Origin: Beijerinckiaceae bacterium | GTDB taxonomy: Bacteria > Pseudomonadota > Alphaproteobacteria > Rhizobiales > Beijerinckiaceae | Direction of reading: 5' to 3' | DNA length: 54,952 nt | NCBI GenBank assembly: GCA_947455285.1 | Contig: CANGOK010000001.1 | Span: 1-54,952, forward strand | Shown here: one piece after another, positions 17,625 to 26,850 of the stretch | Layout of the letters: each line of letters opens with the position of its first letter | How positions within the stretch are numbered: the first letter of the stretch is position 1 | Made by a program: the position numbers and the translations under genes | Notes under the pieces: generated by a model | Seen by the model: the letters and a program-made list of their open reading frames with translations, nothing else | Databases searched by the model: none | Told to the model about the DNA's origin: nothing

Positions 17625-19901
17625 TCATGTGTTGAGCATCGTCTTCACATAATCGGGCGTGAAGGGAATCTTGCGCAGTCGTACGCCAGTCGCGTCGAAG
17701 ACCGCGTTGCCCATGGCTGCAGGCACGAGGCCGAGCGCCATCTCCGCCGCGCCTGAAGGCGCCGCTTCCGGCCGTTCGATGAGATGAATGTCAATGCGCG
17801 GCGGCGCATGTCGCATGTGAAGGACGGGATAGGAATTCCAGTCGATGCTTGTCACCATGTTACGATCCCATGCGAGTTCTTCGACCGTCGTGCGGCTTGT
17901 TCCGTAGATCAGTTGCCGTTCGATGACATGGCGCAGGGTTTCCGGGTTGATGATGAGTCCGACGTCATGCGCGCAGACGAGGCGTGTCGGCTCCACGACG
18001 CCGCTCCGGCGGTTGACCCGGACTTCCGCGACCAGCGCGATGAAAGTATCGAAATGGCGCCGGTAGGCGATGCCACGTCCCTCAACGACGTCGCTCGCTG
18101 AATCGATGTCTTTGCGCGGTGACGCACGCTTGCGCCAACCAGCCTTTTCGGCGGCGATCCGCACGGCGTCCTTATCGCGCGGGTGAGTGAGATAGCGCAG
18201 GCGGAAATCAACCGGGTCCATATCGACGGCGACTGCGATCTCATCCATGAAACATTCGCTGCCGAAAAGAATGGGCGGCCCATAGGGATCGCGCAGGTGT
18301 GTCGAGCGCAGGGGCGAGGCGCGATCCATGAGCGGGGAGATCGTCTCCCAGCCGACCCGATTATTGGCGAATGTGTAAGATGCGAAGGGAATGTTGAACG
18401 TATTCTTCGGCTCGAGCTTCGCGCCAAGCAGTTGCCCTGCCAGTGTCCCCGAGGCGCGGCCTTCATTGGTCGCGACATTCTCTCGCGAAAAACCACGAGA
18501 GATGAGTTCGTAGGCGATGACCTCGCCTTTTTCGTCGATGCCTGCCTTGCAGAAATTCACGGAAGCTGTGCCCTTCGGATCCCAACCCAGGCTTTCCTCG
18601 CGCATCCATTGCACGCGCACGGGCGCGCCGAGAGCCTTCGAGAGCACTGCCGCGTCCGCCGTTGCGTCGCCCTGATCATTGCGGCCGTAAGATCCGGTCC
18701 CGAACATCCAGACAACATGAACGCTCTCGCGCGGGATATTCAACAGATCAGCGACGCCATCCGCCGCGTAATGAGGCTTCTGGGTAGACGTATAGATAGT
18801 CGCTCCATTAGCGCGCACATCGACCACTGCGCAGCCCGGCCCCATGCTCGCATGAGAATGGGTCGGATATTCGTATTCCCCCGAAATGACGCGGGCGGCT
18901 TTGACGAGTCCCTCCTCGACCTTGCCGTTTTCCTTTTCGATGGTTCGCTGCGTAACCATGGCCTTGCGAATATGCGCATGGATTTCGCGGTGCGTGGGAA
19001 ATGCCGGGTTTGATTGCGACCATTCTACTTTAACGGCGCGAAGGGCGCGTACGGCGTCCCATTCCTTCGGCGCAACGACGGCGAGAAAATTCTTGATATG
19101 GACGGTTTTCGCGCCGGGAATATGACGGATCGACGTTTCATCGACGCTTGTCGGAACGGCGCCGGCAACGGGCGGGCGCACCATGCGGGCATGCAGCATT
19201 CCCGGAAGCCGGACATCTCCGGGAAATTTCTGTTCGCCGAAAACTTTGCTTGTCAGATCTGCGCGTCGAGGCGATTGGCCGATGACCCTGTAGTCTTTGT
19301 AACTCTTCAATGGGGCATCCGTTGCGATGTCATGCGGGTTGCCCCATTGGCCGTTCCAGCGGACCTTCGCCTGAAAAGGTCTGCCTCGGACGATTTTTGT
19401 GTAAGCGATGCGCCGCGCCGGATTGGCGCGCAGGTAAATCACTCCGTCTTTCACATCCAGATCAGTGGGCTTGGCGCCGAATTTTCGCGCAGCCTCCTCA
19501 ACGAGCATCTGGCGGGCGAGAGCAGCTGCTTTCATGAGGGACGTGCCGCGACGCGAGACGCCCTGCGCTCCGCTCGCGCCGCCCATGTTCAGCGTGCGGC
19601 GCGTGTCGCCCATGATCATGCGGATCGACGAGAGCGGAACGTCAAGCTCTTCGGCGACCATCTGGGCGATTGAGGTTTCAAGCCCCTGACCGCCATCGAT
19701 GGCGCCATAGAACACATCAACCTTGCCGGTTTTATCGATGGCGAGATAGGCGTCGAGACTGTCAGCGAGCAAGTCTGGATTATTGGGCGACTTTGGAGAG
19801 GTCTTCGCGGCCTGAGCCCATGCGTCGGGCGTTGCATGGCCAATCATGAAGACGCCGCTCGTGGAGAGGAAGGCGCGGCGGGAGAGTTCTAGTTCTCTCA
19901 T
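17625..19901 (-). CDS. Xanthine-dehydrogenase-family molybdopterin oxidoreductase large subunit (IorB/aldehyde-oxidoreductase type) with Tat signal
   Basis: LSRRAFL, GQGLET.IAQMVAEELDV, GTGSYGR, FMDEIA...DPVDFR, GAAE with the catalytic Glu, and NAVFDATGVRLR..PF. Confidence 0.9.
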   Translation of the reverse strand: MRELELSRRAFLSTSGVFMIGHATPDAWAQAAKTSPKSPNNPDLLADSLDAYLAIDKTGKVDVFYGAIDGGQGLETSIAQMVAEELDVPLSSIRMIMGDTRRTLNMGGASGAQGVSRRGTSLMKAAALARQMLVEEAARKFGAKPTDLDVKDGVIYLRANPARRIAYTKIVRGRPFQAKVRWNGQWGNPHDIATDAPLKSYKDYRVIGQSPRRADLTSKVFGEQKFPGDVRLPGMLHARMVRPPVAGAVPTSVDETSIRHIPGAKTVHIKNFLAVVAPKEWDAVRALRAVKVEWSQSNPAFPTHREIHAHIRKAMVTQRTIEKENGKVEEGLVKAARVISGEYEYPTHSHASMGPGCAVVDVRANGATIYTSTQKPHYAADGVADLLNIPRESVHVVWMFGTGSYGRNDQGDATADAAVLSKALGAPVRVQWMREESLGWDPKGTASVNFCKAGIDEKGEVIAYELISRGFSRENVATNEGRASGTLAGQLLGAKLEPKNTFNIPFASYTFANNRVGWETISPLMDRASPLRSTHLRDPYGPPILFGSECFMDEIAVAVDMDPVDFRLRYLTHPRDKDAVRIAAEKAGWRKRASPRKDIDSASDVVEGRGIAYRRHFDTFIALVAEVRVNRRSGVVEPTRLVCAHDVGLIINPETLRHVIERQLIYGTSRTTVEELAWDRNMVTSIDWNSYPVLHMRHAPPRIDIHLIERPEAAPSGAAEMALGLVPAAMGNAVFDATGVRLRKIPFTPDYVKTMLNT

Positions 19902-19912
19902 GTTGGCGCTCC

Positions 19913-20380
19913 TCAAGCCTGTTTCGATGCGCGAAGCACCGCGCGAACAGCTGCGTTATGTGTGCCGCAGCGACAAATGAGATCGCCGAAAGCGGCGCGC
20001 GCTTCCTCTTCTGTCGGCTTGGGATTGCGCGCGAGAAGCGCAGCGCCCTCCATCAGCCAGCCATTGATGCAGTAGCCGCATTGATTGACCTGCTCCTCGA
20101 TCCATGCGGTCTGCAAGGGATGAGGTTTTTTGCGGTCTCCCAATCCATGTAGCGTTGTAATCCTGCCCTTGCCGACGGCGCTTACGGGCAGGGAGCAAGA
20201 ACGGGTCGGAACCCCATCAATATGCACCGTGCATGCGCCGCATTGTCCAAGGCCGCAGCCAAAGCGCGGATTGTCGAGGCCCAGATCGTCTCGCAGAGCA
20301 TAGAGAAGGGGCATGTCGGGATCATCGATCAAAATCGTATGGCGATGTCCGTTCACATTGAACGTCATTTTTTGCGACAT
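19913..20380 (-). CDS. (2Fe-2S)-binding small subunit of the molybdoenzyme
   Basis: GCGLGQCGAC, RSC, QCGYC and LICRCG motifs. Confidence 0.93.
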   Translation of the reverse strand: MSQKMTFNVNGHRHTILIDDPDMPLLYALRDDLGLDNPRFGCGLGQCGACTVHIDGVPTRSCSLPVSAVGKGRITTLHGLGDRKKPHPLQTAWIEEQVNQCGYCINGWLMEGAALLARNPKPTEEEARAAFGDLICRCGTHNAAVRAVLRASKQA

Positions 20381-20747
20381 GCGATTTCCCCCCAAGGCCC
20401 CATTCGTTCTTTTGTTTCGATCATCGCAGCAAAGGACGCGACTTGTCGATATTGATCTTTTGTCTAATACGAACTTTCCGACGGCGCCGCTCACATGATG
20501 CCTGCGCCACGCGCGATGTAGACGAACCGCACCATATCGATCCGGTCGATCAGCGCGCCACAGCCATAAATTCGGCGCGCTCCGGCCGCGCCGCCGTCAG
20601 GGAGCAAGAATTTTTAATAGGATTATTTTCATTCGAAAGAATCAAATTTATTAACATCCCTGAATTCAGCGTTCGCTATTTCAACCACTGCGGCTATAGT
20701 GCGAGCAACGCCGAGGACACATCGGCATACAGAGGGGGGATCGCGCC

Positions 20748-22001
20748 ATGTCCGCATCGACAGAGCATCTTCAAACTGCAGCCAATCGACGCCGATTTCT
20801 GCAATGGCTAGCGGGATCTTCAGCAGTCGCTCTTGCGGGCTCTGGAAGGCTTGCCGAGGCCCTCGAAGCGCCAAACCGATTGCCCGACCCGATGACATGG
20901 GCGCCACGTGACCTCGACTATATGATCGCTTCGCCGAAAGATGCGATCAACGTTTTTGACTTTGAACCAGTCATGAAGCGCAACGTGCCGCCAGCGCATT
21001 TCGGCTACATGGCGTCGGGAATTGACGACGAAGTCACGCTCCGGGCCAATCGCGAAGGGTTCCTGAAATTCCAGCTCAGACCGCGCCGTCTTGTGGATGT
21101 CAGCAAGGTGGACATGAGCATTGAGCTTTTCGGTCAGAAATATAATTCCCCAATCATGATCGCCCCTACTGGGGGGCACCGCGCATACCATCCTGATGGT
21201 GAAATCGCGACGGCTCAGGGCGCGAAGACCGGCAATCATGGGATGATTCTTTCAACGCAAACGTCGACTGTCGTAGAAGACGTGATCAAGGTGCGCGGCG
21301 CGCCTGTATGGATGCAGCTATACGCAACCAATAAATTTGACGTGGCCCGGCAAGTCGTCGAGCGCGCCGAAAATGCTGGCTGCGTGGCCGTCGCCGTCAC
21401 GGTTGACCGAAGTGGGGGGCGAAATCAGGAAACGATGGCCCGGTTGCGGCGCATAGATCCGCGAACTTGCTCCGACTGCCACGCGCCCAATCGGTTGGGC
21501 GGCCCGATGTATGACGGCATCGACATGTCCGGCCTATCGAATCTGCAATCCTCGGCGATGAGTTGGGACTATCTCAAACGTATTCGCGATGCGACGAAGA
21601 TGAAATGCGTGATCAAGGGCATCCTTACTGCGGAGGATGCGAAGGTCGCCGCCGATAATGGTTATGACGCCATCATCGTATCAAATCATGGCGGACGGTC
21701 GGACGAGGCGGGCCGCTCAACCATCGACACCTTGCCAGAGGTGATTGAGGCTGTCGGCGGGCGCTGCCCGGTTCTTGTAGATAGCGGCTTCCGTCGCGGC
21801 ACCGACATCGTCAAGGCTTTGGCCATGGGCGCCACCGGCATAGCAATTGGCCGCCCCTATTTGTGGGGACTTGGCGCATTCGGGCAAGAGGGCGTCGAGC
21901 GCGTTCTGGAATTATTGCGCGTCGAACTCTACGCAGCCATGCAACAAGTCGGCGCCCCCTCCATCAAAGCTCTCACGCCGGCGATGGTGAAGCGCGCCTG
22001 A
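20748..22001 (+). CDS. FMN-dependent alpha-hydroxy-acid oxidase/dehydrogenase with Tat signal and internal CxxCH
   Basis: NRRRFLQW, IAPTG, WMQLY, IKGI, VSNHGGR, DSGFRRGTD and GRPYLWGL motifs. CSDCH lies at 21468-21482. Confidence 0.92.
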   Translation: MSASTEHLQTAANRRRFLQWLAGSSAVALAGSGRLAEALEAPNRLPDPMTWAPRDLDYMIASPKDAINVFDFEPVMKRNVPPAHFGYMASGIDDEVTLRANREGFLKFQLRPRRLVDVSKVDMSIELFGQKYNSPIMIAPTGGHRAYHPDGEIATAQGAKTGNHGMILSTQTSTVVEDVIKVRGAPVWMQLYATNKFDVARQVVERAENAGCVAVAVTVDRSGGRNQETMARLRRIDPRTCSDCHAPNRLGGPMYDGIDMSGLSNLQSSAMSWDYLKRIRDATKMKCVIKGILTAEDAKVAADNGYDAIIVSNHGGRSDEAGRSTIDTLPEVIEAVGGRCPVLVDSGFRRGTDIVKALAMGATGIAIGRPYLWGLGAFGQEGVERVLELLRVELYAAMQQVGAPSIKALTPAMVKRA

Positions 22002-22060
22002 CGGTGAGATTGACCCGAAACCAGGCGCGGCTTCAGTCGCCAAAGATGGAGGAAACACAG

Positions 22061-23707
22061 ATGCTGACCGTTTCAAGATCTCTGGCGCTCAGCGCGTCCG
22101 TGGCCGCACTATTCATCGCAACCACAACCTGCGCCCAGCAATCGCCTTTCTCTGGCTCTGTTTCGGCGCCAGGCGAGCCCGCGATGGAGGGCGTGGTCGT
22201 AAGCGCCAAAAAAGAAGGGAGCATCGTAACGGTTTCTGTCGTTTCAGACGACAAGGGCCATTTCGCATTTCCTTCAGGACGATTGGAGCCTGGAAAATAT
22301 ACGATTTCCATTCGAGCCATTGGCTATGAACTAGATGGCGCCCGTTCGCTGGACATTGGAGCGTCTGGCGCGACGCAAGAAATCAAGTTGAGAAAAACGC
22401 GCAATCTTGCTGCTCAACTCACGAATTCGGAGTGGATGCAGAGCGTTCCCGGCCCCGACGACATGCGCGCCGCTCTACTCGACTGTCAGACCTGCCACAC
22501 ATTGGAGCGTGTCTTCCGTTCAACATATGATTCCGATGGTTTCACGCAGGTGCTGACCAGAATGGCGAACTACGCCTCAGAGAGTTTCTGGATGAAGCCC
22601 CAAACGCGACCTGTGAACCGCGCGAGCAATCCAGAGCAATTCCGCAAGATGGCGGACTATATCGCGAGCTTTAACCTGAGCGCGCAGGAGACCTGGAGCT
22701 ATCCGATAAAGACCCTGCCACGCATCACAGGGCGCGGAACGAGGGTCATCGTCACAGAATATGATCTACCTCGCCGCACCATTCAGCCCCATGACGTCGT
22801 GATCGATAAAGATGGCGTCGCCTGGTATTCAGATTTCGGCGATCAAATGATCGGTAAATTTGATCCGAAGTCGCTCCAGCATACGGAAATTCGCATCCCC
22901 CTTGCAGTGCCAGGGCGGCCAACCGGCTCGCTTGATCTCGAGTTGACCCGGGACGGGAAGTTTCTCGTAGGCATGATGAATCAAGGCGCCATCGGTCAGT
23001 ATGACCCCAAGGCAAATGAATGGAAAATCTGGGAGATGCCGCCGGAGTTCAACAAGGATAACATCCAGTTGAATCAGGTGACGATCAATCATCACATCGA
23101 TGGAAAAATCTGGACCAACACAAATGATGGAACCGGCAATGTCTATCGCCTTGATGTCAACACCGGAAAATATGAGCTGTTCCAACCCTTGAAGATGCTG
23201 CCTGGTGGACCGGCCGCCAATGCAATCTATCAGATCTCGCCCGATAGCCAGAATAATGGCTGGCTCGCGGAGTTCCGAAACAACTATATCGGCCGCATTG
23301 ATGCGAAGACCGGCGAGACCAAATTTTACCCCGTGCCCACGGAGAAATCTCGCAATCGGCGTGGACGAATGGATGAACAGGACCGTTTCTGGTTTGCTGA
23401 ATACCGCGGAAATAAAGTAGCCATGTTCGACACCAGATCCCTTGAGATCAAGGAGTGGCCAATGGCTTCACCATGGTCAGCCCCCTATGATCTTGTGGCC
23501 GACAAGAGCGGCGACATCTGGAGCGCCGGCATGGCCACAGACCGCGTGACGCGGGTGGTTCAAAGAACTGGCGAGACCATCGAGTATCAGTTGCCTAAGC
23601 CGACAAATGTGCGCCGCGTGGTTGTAGACGACGCAGGCGGCAAACCTGTTTTCTGGACCGGATCAAATCACGGAGCCTCGATTGTGAAAGTCGAGCCACT
23701 GGATTGA
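22061..23707 (+). CDS. Secreted protein: carboxypeptidase-regulatory-like domain, CxxCH cytochrome c domain and Vgb-lyase-like beta-propeller
   Basis: Sec signal, EGVVVSA...G.Y.ISIRAIGY, CQTCH at 22484-22498, then QPHDV and repeated W(F/Y)xE...IGR/KFD propeller blades. ATG at 22061 follows GGAGG. Confidence 0.82.
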   Translation: MLTVSRSLALSASVAALFIATTTCAQQSPFSGSVSAPGEPAMEGVVVSAKKEGSIVTVSVVSDDKGHFAFPSGRLEPGKYTISIRAIGYELDGARSLDIGASGATQEIKLRKTRNLAAQLTNSEWMQSVPGPDDMRAALLDCQTCHTLERVFRSTYDSDGFTQVLTRMANYASESFWMKPQTRPVNRASNPEQFRKMADYIASFNLSAQETWSYPIKTLPRITGRGTRVIVTEYDLPRRTIQPHDVVIDKDGVAWYSDFGDQMIGKFDPKSLQHTEIRIPLAVPGRPTGSLDLELTRDGKFLVGMMNQGAIGQYDPKANEWKIWEMPPEFNKDNIQLNQVTINHHIDGKIWTNTNDGTGNVYRLDVNTGKYELFQPLKMLPGGPAANAIYQISPDSQNNGWLAEFRNNYIGRIDAKTGETKFYPVPTEKSRNRRGRMDEQDRFWFAEYRGNKVAMFDTRSLEIKEWPMASPWSAPYDLVADKSGDIWSAGMATDRVTRVVQRTGETIEYQLPKPTNVRRVVVDDAGGKPVFWTGSNHGASIVKVEPLD

Positions 23708-24411
23708 TTTGCGCCAACGCCGAATAAAAAGAGGAAGATAGAAATGCGCATGTAGACATTCTTGTTATCTTGCCGATTTGCGTTCTCGGTTACGCAGCGC
23801 CAGGCTCAGTTGCAGGCCGGAATAGCCGCCTCAGGATTTTGAAGCACCATTGTGCTCAATATACGTGCTGGAAAATGGGAGACCAAACGTGGGGCATTGG
23901 GGAGAATAATTTGCTGTTTCTATGGCGCCAGAGGTGATTTTAAGCGCGAGCCCACCTTCCAAATCCATTCGATCATAATTTGCGCGATCTTCAGTAGACT
24001 ATACCAAAAAACCCTTGTTCAATTTCGACAGTGCGGCCCCCACCACAGAGAACACGCCTTGCCAATTCCAGCACCCATCTAGAAACCACCGTTCACGATC
24101 ACGCGCGCAAGTCATGTGATGCTGCGCGTTAAAGATCTGTCCGCAAGTCGCGCTTGGGCTCATCGTGCGCGTCCAGACAGACGAAGACCTCGACCTTGCT
24201 TTTAAAGTGATGCCACCCCAAACAGCATAGCTCATGCTGCATCACTGGGGATAAGTTTGCATACCTGCTCGCGCCGCTTCAAATTTATCCGGCTCCCCCG
24301 TAAAGCTCGTAAATCCTAAGCGTCATTATGGCTTCTGAAACTGGCCTGTCGCCCTACTGCGCCAAAGTCACCCCCTTGATCTTGCTCCCATCTTGCAAAG
24401 GACGGTTTGCA

Positions 24412-24927
24412 TTGTCTTTCAATGTCGCGCTCATTCTGGGTTATTTTGCTTTTTTGGTGAGCGCATTCGCTCTTCATAGTCGGCCAGTGGTTCATCCCTG
24501 GCTTTTTTTGTTGCGCAGCTTTTTCCCGAAATGGCAGTTCTTTCATTCTTTGGTCCTTAATCCGCGTTTATATTTCCGTCATCAAACCGGGGATGAGTGG
24601 TCGGACTGGCGCATGTTCATGCCGAGAGCGACACGCAAGCTCGCGCATTTGCTCCACAACCCGCAGGTCAATCTGGCGTTGACCGAACAGACCCTAGTGG
24701 AGCTCCTGGCCAATGATTTGGCCTCTTGTGAGGATGACGCGGCGGCTCTTCGTCTTGTTTCATATCAGATGGTGGATCGGCTCGTGCGCCTTAAGGTAGG
24801 CGCTGTGTCCGGCCTTACCGCCTATCAGTTCAGGATCTGTCTTGAGCGCCCCGGCGCGCACATTGATCCGGAGGCGGATATGATTTTACTATCTCCCGCC
24901 TTGCCTGCAACGGAATGGGAGCGCTGA
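24412..24927 (+). CDS. Membrane-anchored protein resembling the linaridin CypL/LinL family
   Basis: N-terminal TM, then P.W.FF, LYFR, W..W, R...LLHNP, SY and YQF.I pattern. The probable start is TTG 24412 after AAAGGA, and the ORF track starts at 24328. Confidence 0.55.
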   Translation: MSFNVALILGYFAFLVSAFALHSRPVVHPWLFLLRSFFPKWQFFHSLVLNPRLYFRHQTGDEWSDWRMFMPRATRKLAHLLHNPQVNLALTEQTLVELLANDLASCEDDAAALRLVSYQMVDRLVRLKVGAVSGLTAYQFRICLERPGAHIDPEADMILLSPALPATEWER

Positions 24928-25728
24928 ATGCCTGCGTTTCTAGATCTTGCAGCCCGCTGTGTTGAAGTGCTGTGCGGCTCCAGCCTAATCATACAGACGG
25001 TCGAATTCCTGCGCCTGCGTGAACCGTTGAGCCCGCGTGGTGTATGGACATACGCGGTTGGGCGAGGCGATCTTGCGCATGCTTCAAGAGCCACACAGCG
25101 CCTATTCGAAGTTATATCACGCGACAAAGTATGGCTGGCTCATCTGCTATTCAGACTTTTCGCTTCCATGGCTTTGGTGATTTACGGCGCATCCCTGCCG
25201 CTTATTGCGTTCCTGTTTGTTGGCTCAGTCGTGATTCTGATCAGGTGGCGCGGCGCCTTTAATGGCGGCAGCGATTTCATGACCATGGTGGTTCTCACCG
25301 GGCTTCTTATTGCGACGACGTTCAGTTGGTTCGGCGATCAAGAGTTCGGATGGCGGGCGGGCCTGATCTATATCGCCATTCATTCCGCCTCCTCTTATTT
25401 CATTTCAGGCGGCGTGAAGCTGCTGAACAATGACTGGCGATCTGGCCGGGCTTTGCCTTTATTTCTTGATGGCGCCGTTTATGGGCCTCTGGCCGCCACC
25501 AGCATCTATTGGCGAAAGCCGGTCGCGATCGTCTGCTCATGGAGCTTCATACTTTGGGAATGTTTGGCGCCGATTATTTTTCTGGATGTGACCATTGCGC
25601 TTTTCTATTGCGCGGTGGCGGCCATTTTTCATGTTCTCGTCTTCTGGCATTTTGGCCTTAATCGCTTTGTGTTCGCCTGGCTCAGCACCTTTCCCGCTCT
25701 CATTTATGTGGCGGATCAGCTGAACTGA
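24928..25728 (+). CDS. HTTM-like integral membrane protein resembling the CypH/LegH N-terminal domain
   Basis: VEFL, RWRGAFNGGSD, SYFISGGVKL...WRSG, WEC..P, FH and GLNRF..AW..FPA motifs. It directly abuts the previous gene (TGA then ATG). Confidence 0.7.
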   Translation: MPAFLDLAARCVEVLCGSSLIIQTVEFLRLREPLSPRGVWTYAVGRGDLAHASRATQRLFEVISRDKVWLAHLLFRLFASMALVIYGASLPLIAFLFVGSVVILIRWRGAFNGGSDFMTMVVLTGLLIATTFSWFGDQEFGWRAGLIYIAIHSASSYFISGGVKLLNNDWRSGRALPLFLDGAVYGPLAATSIYWRKPVAIVCSWSFILWECLAPIIFLDVTIALFYCAVAAIFHVLVFWHFGLNRFVFAWLSTFPALIYVADQLN

Positions 25729-26098
25729 TCGGATTTGCAAGACCCGTCCGACCTATCATCCGCAAGGCGATTCGACGGCAAGCTTTCATCACAGGATAGG
25801 CCAACTTTGAGACAGCGGCCTGGGACAGTGTCCATCGATGTATTTTGCCGAGAAACGCACTGTTCGTTGATAGACGCGCAAGCATCGTCGCCGCTTCCGC
25901 CCCGTAATAGACAGCTTCGTCAATGACGACGATCATGCCTTCATCGAGATCATAGCCGCGTTCCCAATATTCTTTTGTTTTTTGTGGTTCAGCGCGTGCA
26001 TCTACGATTTCAATCGCGCCGAAGGTCTTAACCAGGCGCAGGCGACGAATGTAATTATCACACAGGGGACATTCGCCGTCATAGATGATCGTGATCAT
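25700..26098 (-). CDS. DCC1-like thiol-disulfide oxidoreductase (DUF393)
   Basis: IIYDGECPLC at the N-terminus, with Y.GAEA and YP.....R..L motifs. Confidence 0.88.
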   Translation of the reverse strand: MITIIYDGECPLCDNYIRRLRLVKTFGAIEIVDARAEPQKTKEYWERGYDLDEGMIVVIDEAVYYGAEAATMLARLSTNSAFLGKIHRWTLSQAAVSKLAYPVMKACRRIALRMIGRTGLANPISSADPPHK

Positions 26099-26155
26099 AG
26101 CGAGTGATTTTCGCAGGAACGAGTTGGTAGGCCCCTAGGATCAGTCGCTAGGACG

Positions 26156-26186
26156 GAGGAGCTGCGCTCTTACAGCGCAACTCCTC
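26156..26186. terminator. Intergenic hairpin downstream of the nitroreductase
   Basis: GAGGAGCTGCGCT-N5-AGCGCAACTCCTC is a near-perfect inverted repeat with no clear U-tract. Confidence 0.4.
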
Positions 26187-26202
26187 GCATCAATTCAGGC
26201 GC

Positions 26203-26790
26203 TCACCACTCGGCGGAAACGACGCCTTCGGACACGAAGCTCGCAACCTTGTTGCGTTGGCTTGGGATCTCTCGGGCCTTCAGATCATCCGGCAGGGCCG
26301 CGACGTCGCCGCGACGGCCGAGGGCTACGCAGACGTCGATGTTGTAATCATCCGAGACCGACAACCCTCCACGAGCGGCTTCTTCGTTAAAGCCGCCGAT
26401 GGCATGGGTCGCCCAGCCGGCGATAGTCGCCTGCAAGGAAAGGTGGGCCCAAGCCGCGCCAGCATCGAACGAATGATTGCGCGCCGGCGCCCCCTGAAGC
26501 GTGCGCTTCGAAAGCAGCACGATCAGCACCGAGGCGTCCTTGGCCCAACGCTGGTTGCGTTCGCTAATGAAGCCGAGAAGCTTGTCGAACGAGGGCGTTC
26601 CACGGTGAGCGTAAACGATCCGCCAGGGCTGGGAATTGTTCGACGACGGCGCCCAGCGAACGGCCTCGAACAAGGAACCGAGCAAATCATCAAAAATGCG
26701 TTCGCCGGTGAAGGCGCGCGGGGACCAACGGTCTAGAAAGACATCAGCGACCGGATGATCCGAAGCGCGCGGCGGGTTATGGACAGTCAT
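26203..26790 (-). CDS. Nitroreductase family protein
   Basis: RWSPRAF, WAPSSNNSQPWR, FDAGAAW and H.IGGF motifs. Confidence 0.93.
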   Translation of the reverse strand: MTVHNPPRASDHPVADVFLDRWSPRAFTGERIFDDLLGSLFEAVRWAPSSNNSQPWRIVYAHRGTPSFDKLLGFISERNQRWAKDASVLIVLLSKRTLQGAPARNHSFDAGAAWAHLSLQATIAGWATHAIGGFNEEAARGGLSVSDDYNIDVCVALGRRGDVAALPDDLKAREIPSQRNKVASFVSEGVVSAEW

Positions 26791-26850
26791 CGTTTCTTCC
26801 TTTCAGGTTATAATTGAAGAGCTTCATCATCTCTTGGGAGCCATGGCTAC

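Noticed and set aside
22061-23707. Streptogramin resistance gene vgb
   Set aside because: Only the propeller fold is shared. The signal peptide, Ig-like domain and heme motif argue against a resistance call.
23852-24235. Small ORFs as possible linaridin-type precursor peptides
   Set aside because: No convincing RBS, leader motif or hydrophobic Thr/Ala/Val-rich core.
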